Shown piece by piece: positions 51,414-61,432 of a stretch of DNA of 64,000 nt (the stretch's first letter is position 1; the number at the start of each line of letters is the position of its first letter). Below the pieces are notes generated by a model. That model was not told the DNA's origin, did no database searches, and worked only from the letters and a program-made list of their open reading frames with translations. The stretch covers positions 96,001 to 160,000 of the forward strand of contig WJMJ01000131.1 in NCBI GenBank assembly GCA_014728035.1, given 5' to 3'. The stretch is from Promethearchaeota archaeon (GTDB lineage: Archaea > Asgardarchaeota > Thorarchaeia > Thorarchaeales > Thorarchaeaceae). Made by a program: the position numbers and the translations under genes.

Positions 51414-51445
51414 TTCCTCGAACTGAAGAGCGAATCTACAGTTCT
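51414..51445 (-). other. 32-nt BHB hairpin intron in 23S rRNA after the C2440 equivalent
   Basis: 5' ACUU-AC|A-GAACUG-loop-CAGUUC-GAGG-AA|C 3'. Removal gives CUUACCCCAGG. Confidence 0.88.
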
Positions 51446-54016
51446 GTAAGTTTTTTGTCATGTCTCGCCTGAACAATTGAGGAGCGAAACGTTCGCTAGG
51501 CCAGCGTTTCCGCCCTGTTCGCGTTATTGTGCGGCGAACAGTCAGCCAGACTATATACCCTTGATCTCTAGGAGACGTTTCCATCGCCTCTGAGTCTAGC
51601 ATTGGTCAGGGCTGATCTCTTGTCAGCCCTGTGCCGCCCCAGCCCAACTGCCTACATGCAGGTGTCCCTAGGCTCGCTTGGCTTAGGTTAGCCAGCCCCA
51701 ATGCCATAGTCAGTGTTACATGGTTGCATTCTCACACCCCGGAGAGTGTGATTCAACGCTCCTGACTACGCTCTGTATGACACCAGAACTGGCAGCTACA
51801 TGCTGCGTAGTAAACCTCCGCAGGGACTTCTCTTCCCATTAGGACTACATACACTGTTCGGTATGGTGTAGGTTCACCGGAGCTCTCCTGGGGACAGTGG
51901 GGCTCTCATTGCTCCCTTCATGCACGTCGGCATTTAACCGACAAGGCATATGGCTACCTTAAGAGACTCATAGTTAGTCCCGGCGTTAACCCGAGCTTAG
52001 ACCCCTTCCGGAGTTTTGACTGACGGGCACAGACCAGGATTCACTGACTGTACTAACGCTTTCGCGCTCGCAGTCAGCTATGTTTGTATTAAACAGTTGG
52101 AACCCCTGAGTTACTAAGACCTGGAAAGGCGTGAACCAATCCAGGCATGGCACATCCCGAAGTTACGCCACTAATTGGCCGATTTCCCTCAGGAGAGTTG
52201 ACTCCGATACACCTTGGTCTTCTAAACCAGGGAACCTGTGTCAGATCTGGGTACGGACTAGGAGGATTCTTCCGAACTCGATTTTCAAGGTCACCAGAAA
52301 TCGGCTGAACGAGTGTCCGACCACTCGCTATTCCACTTTTCTTCTGCTTCTCACCATTACGGTACTCGACAGAGTTATAGTGTTAAACACCGCGAAGGCG
52401 GTGCTCAGCGTATCCAGATGAGTTACAAGTTCGGCATCGCGTTGCCGCGTAACGTACCTCCTAGGTTCAGGAATATTAACCTGATTCCCTTTCGTGTTAC
52501 TCGTGTTACGATAACACTTAGGATCGACTAAGCTTCGGCTGACGACGCATTGCCGAAGAACCCTTTCCCTTTCGGTGACATGGATTCTCACCATGCTTCG
52601 CTGTTACTACTGCCAGGATCATCAAATCCGGTCGGTCAACGGGACCTCACGGCCCCACTTCTACCCAACCGGATCGCTCCGCTACCGGATCACGCAATTT
52701 TACTCGCGTGCCGTATGGTCTCGGTGACCAGATTTAGCCCCGTCCATTTTCAAGGCCGAGAGCCTCGGTCTGTGAGCTGTTACGCTTTCGTTCGGGGATA
52801 GCTGCTTCTAAGCTCACCCCCAGACTGTCTTGGGCTCTCGACTCCCTTCTTCACCGCACTTATCTGGTACTTAGGGACCTTAACCATACTCTCGGTTCTC
52901 CCCATCTCGGCCTGCCGGGCTTACCCCGGGCACCCGTCTCCTGCTGTCTACGGTTCGTGCAGATTCGGAGTTTTCAGGATGGTGAAGAACTTTACGTTCC
53001 CCGAGCCAATCCGAAAGTGCTCTACACCACACGATACCTCAAGCAGGGCTTGGCTACGACCAACTTCGCGGAGAACGAGCAATCACCAGTCTAGATAAGC
53101 CTTTTACCCCTAGACCCAGTTCAACGGAACGAGTTGCACGTCAGAACCCTATCGGGCCTCCACCGAGCTTTCGCCCGGCTTCACCCTGACCAGGTCTAGA
53201 TCGACTGGTTTCTCGTGTTATGGGAGTGACTACGCGCACTTTCACACGCCGCTCCTCACCCGAAGGTTGCGAGCATATCGGTTTCCCTACGGTTTCAGCT
53301 TGACGCCTTAACCTTGCCACGCCCATAAACTCCCTGGCCCGTGTTTCAAGACGGATGATGCTGACCCGATCCGCTTCGTTCCTACTATACGATCACTCGT
53401 AATTCGTTCACGAAGCCTCTCTTCTTTTCATCAGCATCCTTTGACTAGATTGCTGGTTTCAGGTGCTTTTCACCCCGCTTCCGCGGCACTTTTCAACTTT
53501 CGCTCGCGCTACATAGTTTACTATCGGTTTGGTCTAGTATTTAGGCTTCGCAGATTGTTACTGCGTAATTCACACGAGATTACCAACCCATGCTACTCTG
53601 GTACTTGATAATGCCTGTAAGTTGCACCTACGGGGGTTTCACCCTCTATGCCCCGTCGTTCCAGACGAGTTCGGCTTCGTTACATAGGCATATGACTCAA
53701 GCCCTTACACCACATCTCCCATAACTCTTCGCTATGGGATTCAGTTTGGCCTTTTCCCCTTTCGCTCGCTGTTACTAAGGGAATCACTGTTGTTTTCTTT
53801 TCCTGGGCATACTAAGATGCTTCAGTTCTGCCCGTTCCCGTTCCAGATTTGACCCTGGAACGAAGCAGGGTATTAACCCACTTCAGGAAGTCCAATTGGG
53901 GATCCTGCGGATCAACGCCTTCATGCGGCTACCCACAGATTATCGCAGCTTGTCGCGCCCTTCATCGGCTGACCAACCAAGTCATCCACCAACAACCGTT
54001 TAGCGAAACGCGGTCC

Positions 54017-54114
54017 TACTCATGTAACCGGCACAGTATTGCCTGTTACCAAGGAGTGTATCTACTTCATTTCTACTTCATAGTTGTGTATGTTTGTGTA
54101 TCATCATCCTCTGC
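54017..54114 (-). other. 5' arm of the 23S processing stem (pairs with 50611-50687), with a BHB-like motif
   Basis: GGUAAC-AGG-CAA-UACUG (54034-54050) pairs with CAGUA-CCU-AGA-GUUGCC (50657-50673). GAGGAUGAUGAU pairs with AUCAUCAUCCUC. Confidence 0.8.
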
Positions 54115-54486
54115 AGTCATAGTGGTTGGTTACCCACCATTGACCGTTCCCCAACACGAAAGACTACCTATTTCGGGTCATGATCTAGCGAAGGACCACT
54201 TCGCGTCTCAGACTAATACTTATTCAGTACCATTACCCTAGTCGGGTCATGCTGGTTATTGGAACATGTATTACGCAATACCCTAGCCAGAGGCTGTGGG
54301 TGTGCGCTCGTCGGTCGAACCGAAGTAGCAATTTAAACGTTGCTATGTGTCCTGACCGATTTGTAATAAGCCAACATCGGTTTGGCGCTAAACCAGAATA
54401 ACCATGCGACGAATTTGCCAGCAATAGATGCCACGTCGCAAAAGGCCTCTCTAACCAATGCAAGCAAATGTATCCCGTAGCATTTC

Positions 54487-54500
54487 AAAATAAACTTTTT
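54487..54500 (-). promoter_or_regulatory. Probable BRE-TATA promoter of the 23S transcript
   Basis: Minus strand AAAAAG-TTTATTTT upstream of a GC-richer structured leader. Confidence 0.45.
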
Positions 54501-54577
54501 GCCGCGACGAAGGAAGTTCTCCCGCACTTAGGAGATATTCAGAGAAACTAATTGGCACACTATGGCGGCATCTGTTT

Positions 54578-54985
54578 TTACAAGTTTCTCGTTTTGAGGT
54601 ATGCAGAAACACACCGTCTAACAAGACCGGCTAAGGAAAATATCCAGGACAGAAACGCCAATCCAAGAAGGAGATCAATCTCAGGTCCGAAAACCAACAT
54701 AAGAAACGATACCAAGGGAACCGATAGAGCCATTGTGAGAATGCCAACGACCAAAAACAGGTGAAGAGTATGAGACGAATCACTCTTGCTCCGAGCCCAT
54801 GTGACAAGGGAGCCCATACCCCTAATAGCCAGTTCTGAGCCATTAAGACGAGAGACATATGCTCTTTGAAGAACATGAACAACTGTACCTATGAGATACT
54901 GTAAAAGAGCTATGAGAAACAACAAACCAGATGTTGTGAAGGAATCAATTGACCAGGCCATATGAGCTGAGCTGGTCAAAAGCAA
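54578..54985 (-). CDS. Hypothetical membrane protein
   Basis: Three hydrophobic helices, directly downstream of rph. Confidence 0.45.
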   Translation of the reverse strand: MLLTSSAHMAWSIDSFTTSGLLFLIALLQYLIGTVVHVLQRAYVSRLNGSELAIRGMGSLVTWARSKSDSSHTLHLFLVVGILTMALSVPLVSFLMLVFGPEIDLLLGLAFLSWIFSLAGLVRRCVSAYLKTRNL

Positions 54986-55002
54986 TTTGATTCTTTCCGT
55001 TA

Positions 55003-55713
55003 TTACAAATCAGTGTCTAATGTATCAGTTTGGATTTTTTGGAGGTCGGATATCCCTTTCACTGCAAGGTCCAATAGTTCATCTAATGCGGACCGGTTGA
55101 ATGTGCCATCTTCGCCAGTTCCTTGAACTTCAACAAATTCATCATCACGCATGACGATATTCATGTCAACAGACGCAGAAGAGTCTTCAATATAACAGAG
55201 GTCTAATAGACACTCATCATCAACTACTCCAACACTGACTGCAGCAACCTGTCCAATAAGAGGCAGTTCGGAAATCATATCCAAATCAACCATTAATTGT
55301 AGAGCATCACAAAGTGCAATATAGGCACCAGTGATGGATGCGGTTCTTGTTCCGCCATCAGCTTGGATTACATCACAGTCTATCCGAATTTGGTGTTCAC
55401 CAAGGTCACCAAGACTAACAGCAGCCCGAAGAGACCGGCCAATCAATCGCTGAATTTCTTGGTCGCGACCACTGATTCTATTCCTCCTGGTACGCTCATT
55501 GGTTGCGCGAGGGAGCATTCCGTATTGTGCAGTGACCCACCCCTTTCCAGTTCCATTTAGCCAACCAGGAACATCTTCTTCCACAGTTGCAGTACAGATA
55601 ACTTGGGTGTCACCAGTCTTAATCAGTACAGACCCTTCAGGATGTTTAAGAAAGTCACGAGTGATATCTACTGGTCTCAATTCATCATTCAATCTACCGT
55701 CAGACCGGGCCAT
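55003..55713 (-). CDS. rph: Ribonuclease PH, bacterial type
   Basis: R.DGR..DELRP, GWVTAQYGMLPRAT, EIQRLIGRSLRA, DCDVIQADGGTRTASITGA, LDLCY.EDS and EVQGTGE. Confidence 0.93.
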   Translation of the reverse strand: MARSDGRLNDELRPVDITRDFLKHPEGSVLIKTGDTQVICTATVEEDVPGWLNGTGKGWVTAQYGMLPRATNERTRRNRISGRDQEIQRLIGRSLRAAVSLGDLGEHQIRIDCDVIQADGGTRTASITGAYIALCDALQLMVDLDMISELPLIGQVAAVSVGVVDDECLLDLCYIEDSSASVDMNIVMRDDEFVEVQGTGEDGTFNRSALDELLDLAVKGISDLQKIQTDTLDTDL

Positions 55714-55845
55714 ATTAACCACAATATGGTTGAACATATTGTCTGCTATTAACGCTATTGACGTGTAGTCACCAAATAGCTTTATTGATAAAAGAGGAAA
55801 CAATACAATGAGATTGATGTAAATAACATTGGAGCGACCAAAATA

Positions 55846-56868
55846 ATGATGGATGTTCGTGGCAGATTCAACACCGCCCTAAAAGATACAGTCGAAGAAT
55901 GGAAAAAGAAGGATACTGTGAAAGGCGTATATGTTCATGGCTCATACGTGAAAGGTATAATCTCACCGAATTCAGACCTTGACCTCTGTGTAATTATGGA
56001 GGCAGATGAGGCTCCCGCACAACTACTTGCGAAGTATAAAGGTGTCATGATCGATATGACTTTCTTCACCCCTGAAGATGTACAAGATGTGGTCGAGGGA
56101 AACACCCACGATATGGTTAAGATTGCTTCAGTAGTAGGTCAGTTACGAAATGCAGAAGTGCTATACGATAAAGAGGGAAAACTCAAGAGTTGGCAGAAGG
56201 ATGTTTCAACATATCAATGGCCCAAGGAATCAATCCAAACAGCAAAAACTGAGGCGATAGAAGCTTTACAAAGTGCGTCAGCCTTTGCTGCAGAAGAAGA
56301 CATAATCAGTGCTGTTTACGAAATAAGAGAAGGCCTTTTTGAACTTGGACGAGCAGTGTTGATGAAGAATAATAATTTCTGTGTGATTAAACCTGCTGAA
56401 ATTCTTACAGAAATTCGAATGATGGACCCAATGACTTACCAGCTGTTCCTCAGAACGTTCAAACTCAAAGGACTAGGAGAGAATGAGCTTCTAGACATGC
56501 TAGAGGATATCAAAGCATGGATCAAGAAGGCTGAAGAGTTATTTGATGCTGAATCATCTGACATTGCGGCAACAATCATCCTATCGGATGCGCAGAGATC
56601 CACGTTCAGTGCGATTAACCTAACACTAAATGGAGATTATGAGTTAGCAGTATTTGAGCTAAGACTAGCAATACGAAAACTGGGACAGGCATTGCTCGCA
56701 ATATCAGGAGAAACAACTTTCAATGCACGTACATTTATCAGTGATATAAAAGAGCATGAGCCAAATTTCTATAATAACATCTTAGTGAAATATGGAGCTT
56801 ACGAGTTTCATCCGAAGGGTGTGAAACGAAGTATTGGAGAAGCAGAATTCATAGCAAAAAGAATATGA
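55846..56868 (+). CDS. Pol-beta-type nucleotidyltransferase with helical (HEPN-like) C-terminal domains
   Basis: YVHGSYVKG...SDLDL motif and two helical repeats. Confidence 0.75.
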   Translation: MMDVRGRFNTALKDTVEEWKKKDTVKGVYVHGSYVKGIISPNSDLDLCVIMEADEAPAQLLAKYKGVMIDMTFFTPEDVQDVVEGNTHDMVKIASVVGQLRNAEVLYDKEGKLKSWQKDVSTYQWPKESIQTAKTEAIEALQSASAFAAEEDIISAVYEIREGLFELGRAVLMKNNNFCVIKPAEILTEIRMMDPMTYQLFLRTFKLKGLGENELLDMLEDIKAWIKKAEELFDAESSDIAATIILSDAQRSTFSAINLTLNGDYELAVFELRLAIRKLGQALLAISGETTFNARTFISDIKEHEPNFYNNILVKYGAYEFHPKGVKRSIGEAEFIAKRI

Positions 56869-56917
56869 GACTGAAGATTGATATGGGAGCTGTTGTTTTT
56901 CTACAAAAGTGGTGACA

Positions 56918-57457
56918 ATGTCCGAATCCGATGTAGAAGTGATAAAACTCATGAGTGTTGCGCTAAATTACGAGAAACAACTTGTCCTTAAGACAGAGAT
57001 TGAAGCATATCACAATGCCACAAATTATGTGATAGAACAAATTCTTAAAATCAGAAAGAAGAAAGCGTCCGAAATAATTGAAGCAATTGGTGATGAATTC
57101 TCTGAAAAGTTCGATTCCCGCACAGCATATTTGAAAGATGTGGTCAAGACCGCTCGTGTTACAATTGGAGAGCACAAACAGAAAGCAAGATGGAGAAGGG
57201 ATTTGAAGAATAAAGTTCCCAAATTCAAACCAAATATCATGATTTTCTCAGCACCACTGATAGAGATTTCACATGAAGCAGCATTTCTCACTGTCAAGAG
57301 TGGAGAACAGAAAGCAATTCCATTCGATAAGCATAGCAGAAACAAGAACAAAGAGATACTTTCTGAGATTATAAAAGACCCAAAGAAAATGGATAGAGTA
57401 CGGTTAATGTGGAATAAAGAAGGTTACTTCAATGTTGACATCCGTGTATTCAGATAG
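56918..57457 (+). CDS. Basic hypothetical protein, possibly related to the TnpB N-terminal region
   Basis: Lys-rich, with L...IEAYHNATNYVI...VPKFK...VRL.W..EGYF.VDI and no RuvC motifs. Confidence 0.55.
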   Translation: MSESDVEVIKLMSVALNYEKQLVLKTEIEAYHNATNYVIEQILKIRKKKASEIIEAIGDEFSEKFDSRTAYLKDVVKTARVTIGEHKQKARWRRDLKNKVPKFKPNIMIFSAPLIEISHEAAFLTVKSGEQKAIPFDKHSRNKNKEILSEIIKDPKKMDRVRLMWNKEGYFNVDIRVFR

Positions 57458-58331
57458 TCCAGCATTTCAATGCACCTGAGAATTCAGTTGTGTAGAACTT
57501 CTTACCTTTCGAATCCCAAGACACTCCACTTACTCCAGTAGGAAGTTTCTGGTGGATAGATTCACTGAAGTCGTTAGCCCATAATTGAATTGTTGTATCA
57601 TAGCTCGAAGTGAGTAAACTTGAATCGGACGGATTGAAGCTGATTGAGCTGACTACATCAGTGTGACCATCAAGAATTATTGGTTTTCGGTCATTAACTA
57701 AATCAAGAATAACAACGGAACCGTTGTGAAGGCCTAATGCAGCTTTTGTGTGTTCTGGAGATATAGCAAGAGATCGTATTCTATTATCACTCTGAAATAT
57801 ATTTTCCACTAACTCATATGATGATAAATCCCACAAGTTACATTTGCCAGACCAAGACGCCGTAATTAATTTGCTATCCCCAGCATAGAAAGCAAGACCA
57901 GAGATGTCACGCCGATGAAAATGAAGATTTCTAATGCATTTGAGTTTCTTGAGAGAGAATAACTTGACCAGACCATCACGAGTTCCTGCGACAGCTTTTG
58001 AAATAGTCGAGTCTACTGCAAGAGCTTTGATATCACAACTATGACGAAGGAGATGACTCTCCTTGAACTTCTTTGACGCTAACCACATTCTTGCGGTTCC
58101 ATCCCAGCTGCTCGATAAGAGGTGAGATCCATTTTCAATAAAAAGCAGTGAGGAAATCATCTTTTCATGGCCGCTCAATGCAAGACGAGGTTTGCGAGTT
58201 TTGGAGTTGATAATGATGATTTGCCCATCGAGACTGCCGACCGCAACGAGATTCTTTGTAGGACTGACCGAAACACAGGTTAATGGTACAATTTGAGAGC
58301 TAGTTGGAAGGTAGATTGTAGTGGCCTGCAT
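57450..58331 (-). CDS. WD40 repeat protein
   Basis: GH...SSSWDGTARMW, TASWSGKCNLWD and GHTDVV...SSYDTTIQLW. Confidence 0.9.
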   Translation of the reverse strand: MQATTIYLPTSSQIVPLTCVSVSPTKNLVAVGSLDGQIIIINSKTRKPRLALSGHEKMISSLLFIENGSHLLSSSWDGTARMWLASKKFKESHLLRHSCDIKALAVDSTISKAVAGTRDGLVKLFSLKKLKCIRNLHFHRRDISGLAFYAGDSKLITASWSGKCNLWDLSSYELVENIFQSDNRIRSLAISPEHTKAALGLHNGSVVILDLVNDRKPIILDGHTDVVSSISFNPSDSSLLTSSYDTTIQLWANDFSESIHQKLPTGVSGVSWDSKGKKFYTTEFSGALKCWTI

Positions 58332-58394
58332 ACTTGTCACTCCGAATATTATCAATGCATAGTTATTCGTTTACAAGATAAAAAGTCTAACCAC

Positions 58395-59453
58395 TTACTG
58401 TTGACGACGAATAATAAAGTAAGAAACAATAACAAGAGGTATTGCGATAAGAATAACAAGAAAATCTAAAGGGGTTTCTTGTGGAAAATCAGAAACATCG
58501 GGGAGATAATCAACAACGAAGACTTCAACCACGCGACCTACTGCTTGTAAACTGGCTGCACTACATTTATCGGGTGTATCCTCAATAGTATGCCAAGTGG
58601 ATGGAAAGGGGTAATGAATTAGATCAACTGCTGGAATATCTGCATCTAGGAAAGGAATATGGTCATCTGTTATTCGTCCACCAGTTTCATTGAGGAAAAT
58701 ACTATCATAGCCAAACTCGTGGGCTATCGACCAAATGGTGTTTTGCAAAGAGGGGAATTGCATCGAGTTCTGCTCTTTTGGAATGCGCAGGTTTGCATCT
58801 CCAACCATATCTAATAGAACCATAGCTGCAATTGAGTCAATTCGGTCAGCAGATAGTTGGCTAACAAAATATCTTGAACCTTGAATCCAATCCCAGCCAT
58901 CAATATTCCCAGAGTCTTCTGCATCAAAGAATACTAACTCGACATATGAACGAACAGCTTCAGGCAATACTTTCGCAAGTTCAAGAAGTACTGCCACGCC
59001 ACTTGCACCATCATTTGCTCCAAGAACAGGCAAATTATGATTTGCAGGATTGGGATCATTATCAGCTTTAGGTCGTGTGTCATAATGGGCTCCCAAAATC
59101 ATGGTAGAGTTAACTTCCGGACCCCATCTTGCGAGTATGTTGCTGCAAAGTGTTTCTTGATAAGTGAAATTCTGTAGAATAACCTCCCAGCCATTGAGTT
59201 CAAGTTTATCTACAATATAAGATCGACAGTCACTGAGATTTTCTGACCCGGGAGGACGTGGTCCAAAATCACATTGGTCGTAAATATATTGAAGCGCCTC
59301 TTCTCCATTGAAAACGGGACTATAGTCATCACCGATAACCACAGGTATGTGTGGGATACCCAGCAAGAAAATGATGAGAAGCGACGAATATTTCAAAGAT
59401 ACACCATCAAATTCTGTACCAACGTCCCCTAAGAATCTTTTTGATAAAATCAC
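58395..59453 (-). CDS. M28 family peptidase / glutaminyl cyclase-like, membrane-anchored
   Basis: GAHYDTR, GANDGASGVA, FDAED, LDMVG, DDHIPF and WHT motifs. Confidence 0.9.
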   Translation of the reverse strand: MILSKRFLGDVGTEFDGVSLKYSSLLIIFLLGIPHIPVVIGDDYSPVFNGEEALQYIYDQCDFGPRPPGSENLSDCRSYIVDKLELNGWEVILQNFTYQETLCSNILARWGPEVNSTMILGAHYDTRPKADNDPNPANHNLPVLGANDGASGVAVLLELAKVLPEAVRSYVELVFFDAEDSGNIDGWDWIQGSRYFVSQLSADRIDSIAAMVLLDMVGDANLRIPKEQNSMQFPSLQNTIWSIAHEFGYDSIFLNETGGRITDDHIPFLDADIPAVDLIHYPFPSTWHTIEDTPDKCSAASLQAVGRVVEVFVVDYLPDVSDFPQETPLDFLVILIAIPLVIVSYFIIRRQQ

Positions 59454-60667
59454 GTAATATAAGACCTAATCTTGCTTCTCAACAATCTTGGCAATTCCCG
59501 GGGCAATAGACGAAGTGCGGTAGCTGGAATATCACCATATCCAATCTCACCTCTAGCAACTTTAGCCATAATTTCAGCTGCTAATGGATGACCGTTAATT
59601 TTAGAAAGGAGTCTATCTACAAGTACAGAACTCTGAGGTCCAGCCCATTCCGCCATCCCAAAACTGGATCCGAACACATCATGACATAGATTATGATATT
59701 TAGAAAGATACTGTTCATCGTGGCGATTAGCACTGATAGCATCCGAAATAACTTGTGCGGCAAACACTCCAGATTGCATGGCATATGCAATCCCTTCGCC
59801 CATCATAGGATCAACAAATCCAGCAGCATCTCCAACTAATATCACACGATCCAAAACATTCTTGTGTTTTAATCCATCCGCACCCAAGAAAAACGTTCGC
59901 AACTTTTCAGGAACCAGTTCAATATTTGCTTGGTTTTCGATGTGCTTACAGAAATCATAGAATTTGGGACGGAGTGGAAGTATATCGATCCCAGGGCCCG
60001 CAATACCAATAGCTAGATGTTCTCGTTTTGGAAAAACCCATCCATAACCCAGTTTGCCCTTTAGAGGTTGAATTGATAAGATGTGAGGGTTATTGTCGGT
60101 ACCTTTTGCAACACCCTCTTCACCAACATAAAAATCAGACTCCATTCCAAGACCATGACGGGTCAAATCTTTTCTTTTAGGACGCAGACCCAAAGATCTA
60201 CTGATCACCGAATTAACTCCATCCGCACCAATCAAAAATAATCCTCTAATATCAGCACCATTTTCTAGTTTGACACAAGCAGAATGCTCTGACACTTGAG
60301 CACTTACAACACGGGAGTCTTCCATCAAAATAACCCCAGCATCTTCTGCTCTTCTAGCTAAAAATTCATCAAACTTATTACGAAATACAGTAATGCCAAT
60401 CAACTTATCAGATACAAATTCAACAGTTGAAGAACTACTAGGAATTTGGAATTTTAAACCATAGATTTTTTGCTCTATGATCTCGGTTGGCAGGTTTCCA
60501 TTTATGACTTTTAATCCACGAAACATTACTGCACCGCCGCAAGGTTTCTCGCGAGGCAATACGAACTTTTCAATAAGAATAGTATCTAGATTTCGTTTAG
60601 CACATTCATAAGCTGCAATAGACCCAGCAGGTCCAGCCCCCACAACAATGACATCATATTCAGTCAA
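59450..60667 (-). CDS. Geranylgeranyl reductase-family flavoprotein
   Basis: GAGPAG, REKPCGGA, YGWVFPK and GDAAGFVDP..GEGI motifs. Confidence 0.9.
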   Translation of the reverse strand: MTEYDVIVVGAGPAGSIAAYECAKRNLDTILIEKFVLPREKPCGGAVMFRGLKVINGNLPTEIIEQKIYGLKFQIPSSSSTVEFVSDKLIGITVFRNKFDEFLARRAEDAGVILMEDSRVVSAQVSEHSACVKLENGADIRGLFLIGADGVNSVISRSLGLRPKRKDLTRHGLGMESDFYVGEEGVAKGTDNNPHILSIQPLKGKLGYGWVFPKREHLAIGIAGPGIDILPLRPKFYDFCKHIENQANIELVPEKLRTFFLGADGLKHKNVLDRVILVGDAAGFVDPMMGEGIAYAMQSGVFAAQVISDAISANRHDEQYLSKYHNLCHDVFGSSFGMAEWAGPQSSVLVDRLLSKINGHPLAAEIMAKVARGEIGYGDIPATALRLLPRELPRLLRSKIRSYIT

Positions 60668-60747
60668 ACTACTCTCTCCAAAACTGATTAGACAGATATC
60701 GAATCGTCTATCAAAACCTTTTTACAAAGGAATAAAAATTTGACGAC

Positions 60748-61383
60748 TCAAATATCACGACATTTTTCACAGCCAGGCCTTGGACGAAGACCCAACCGCC
60801 GCATTATTTTGCCACCAGGTAAATCAGCCGATGTATCTTGTTCAGGAGTAATTTGAACGTCCACTTCTCTTGTTCCAACTTGCTCAAATCCATATGCCAT
60901 AATCAACATCTGAGAAGGGGTATTTTCTTCGTAGACCTCACAATAGACCTCTTCAACCCCAGCATCTAGAAAGTATTTTGATGCACGTTTTATCAGAGCT
61001 GTAGCAATCCCTTTTCTTCTACGAGATGGGAGAACGCCAATACCAGTAATTTCTCCATACACTGAATCCTCTTCCTTTTCAACAAAACATGCAATGAATC
61101 CAGACAGTTTGCCCCATAGTTCTGCTACAAAAATACCCTCGGTATCGAGTTTCTTTGCTTGCTCGAGATTTATGGGGCAAAATGGGTCAGGAGACGCAAG
61201 AAAACATCTGTTGTAAAGGTCTACAAAGGATTCCAAATCATCATGTACCAATTTGCGTACATGAATGTAATTAGGAATAGTCTTACTATCCCACCATTCT
61301 TCAGCCAAGTCTAATGCTACTTTCGCCTCAGCCTTCATTATGAGATAAGAACGGGTGACACCATCCAAGTCAGACTCTGACAT
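60748..61383 (-). CDS. GNAT acetyltransferase
   Basis: GVLPSRRRKGIATAL and N motif, with a C-terminal CxxC. Confidence 0.85.
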   Translation of the reverse strand: MSESDLDGVTRSYLIMKAEAKVALDLAEEWWDSKTIPNYIHVRKLVHDDLESFVDLYNRCFLASPDPFCPINLEQAKKLDTEGIFVAELWGKLSGFIACFVEKEEDSVYGEITGIGVLPSRRRKGIATALIKRASKYFLDAGVEEVYCEVYEENTPSQMLIMAYGFEQVGTREVDVQITPEQDTSADLPGGKIMRRLGLRPRPGCEKCRDI

Positions 61384-61432
61384 CTATCAATCTCCATGTT
61401 CAATGAAATATCTACTAATAACAATCTGTCGA

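Noticed and set aside
50913-54241. ORF-track ORFs at 50913, 51073, 51080, 51255, 52131, 52313, 52328, 52550, 53141 and 53849
   Set aside because: They lie in or antisense to the 23S rRNA and have no protein motifs. The 51255-51602 ORF is not a homing endonuclease.
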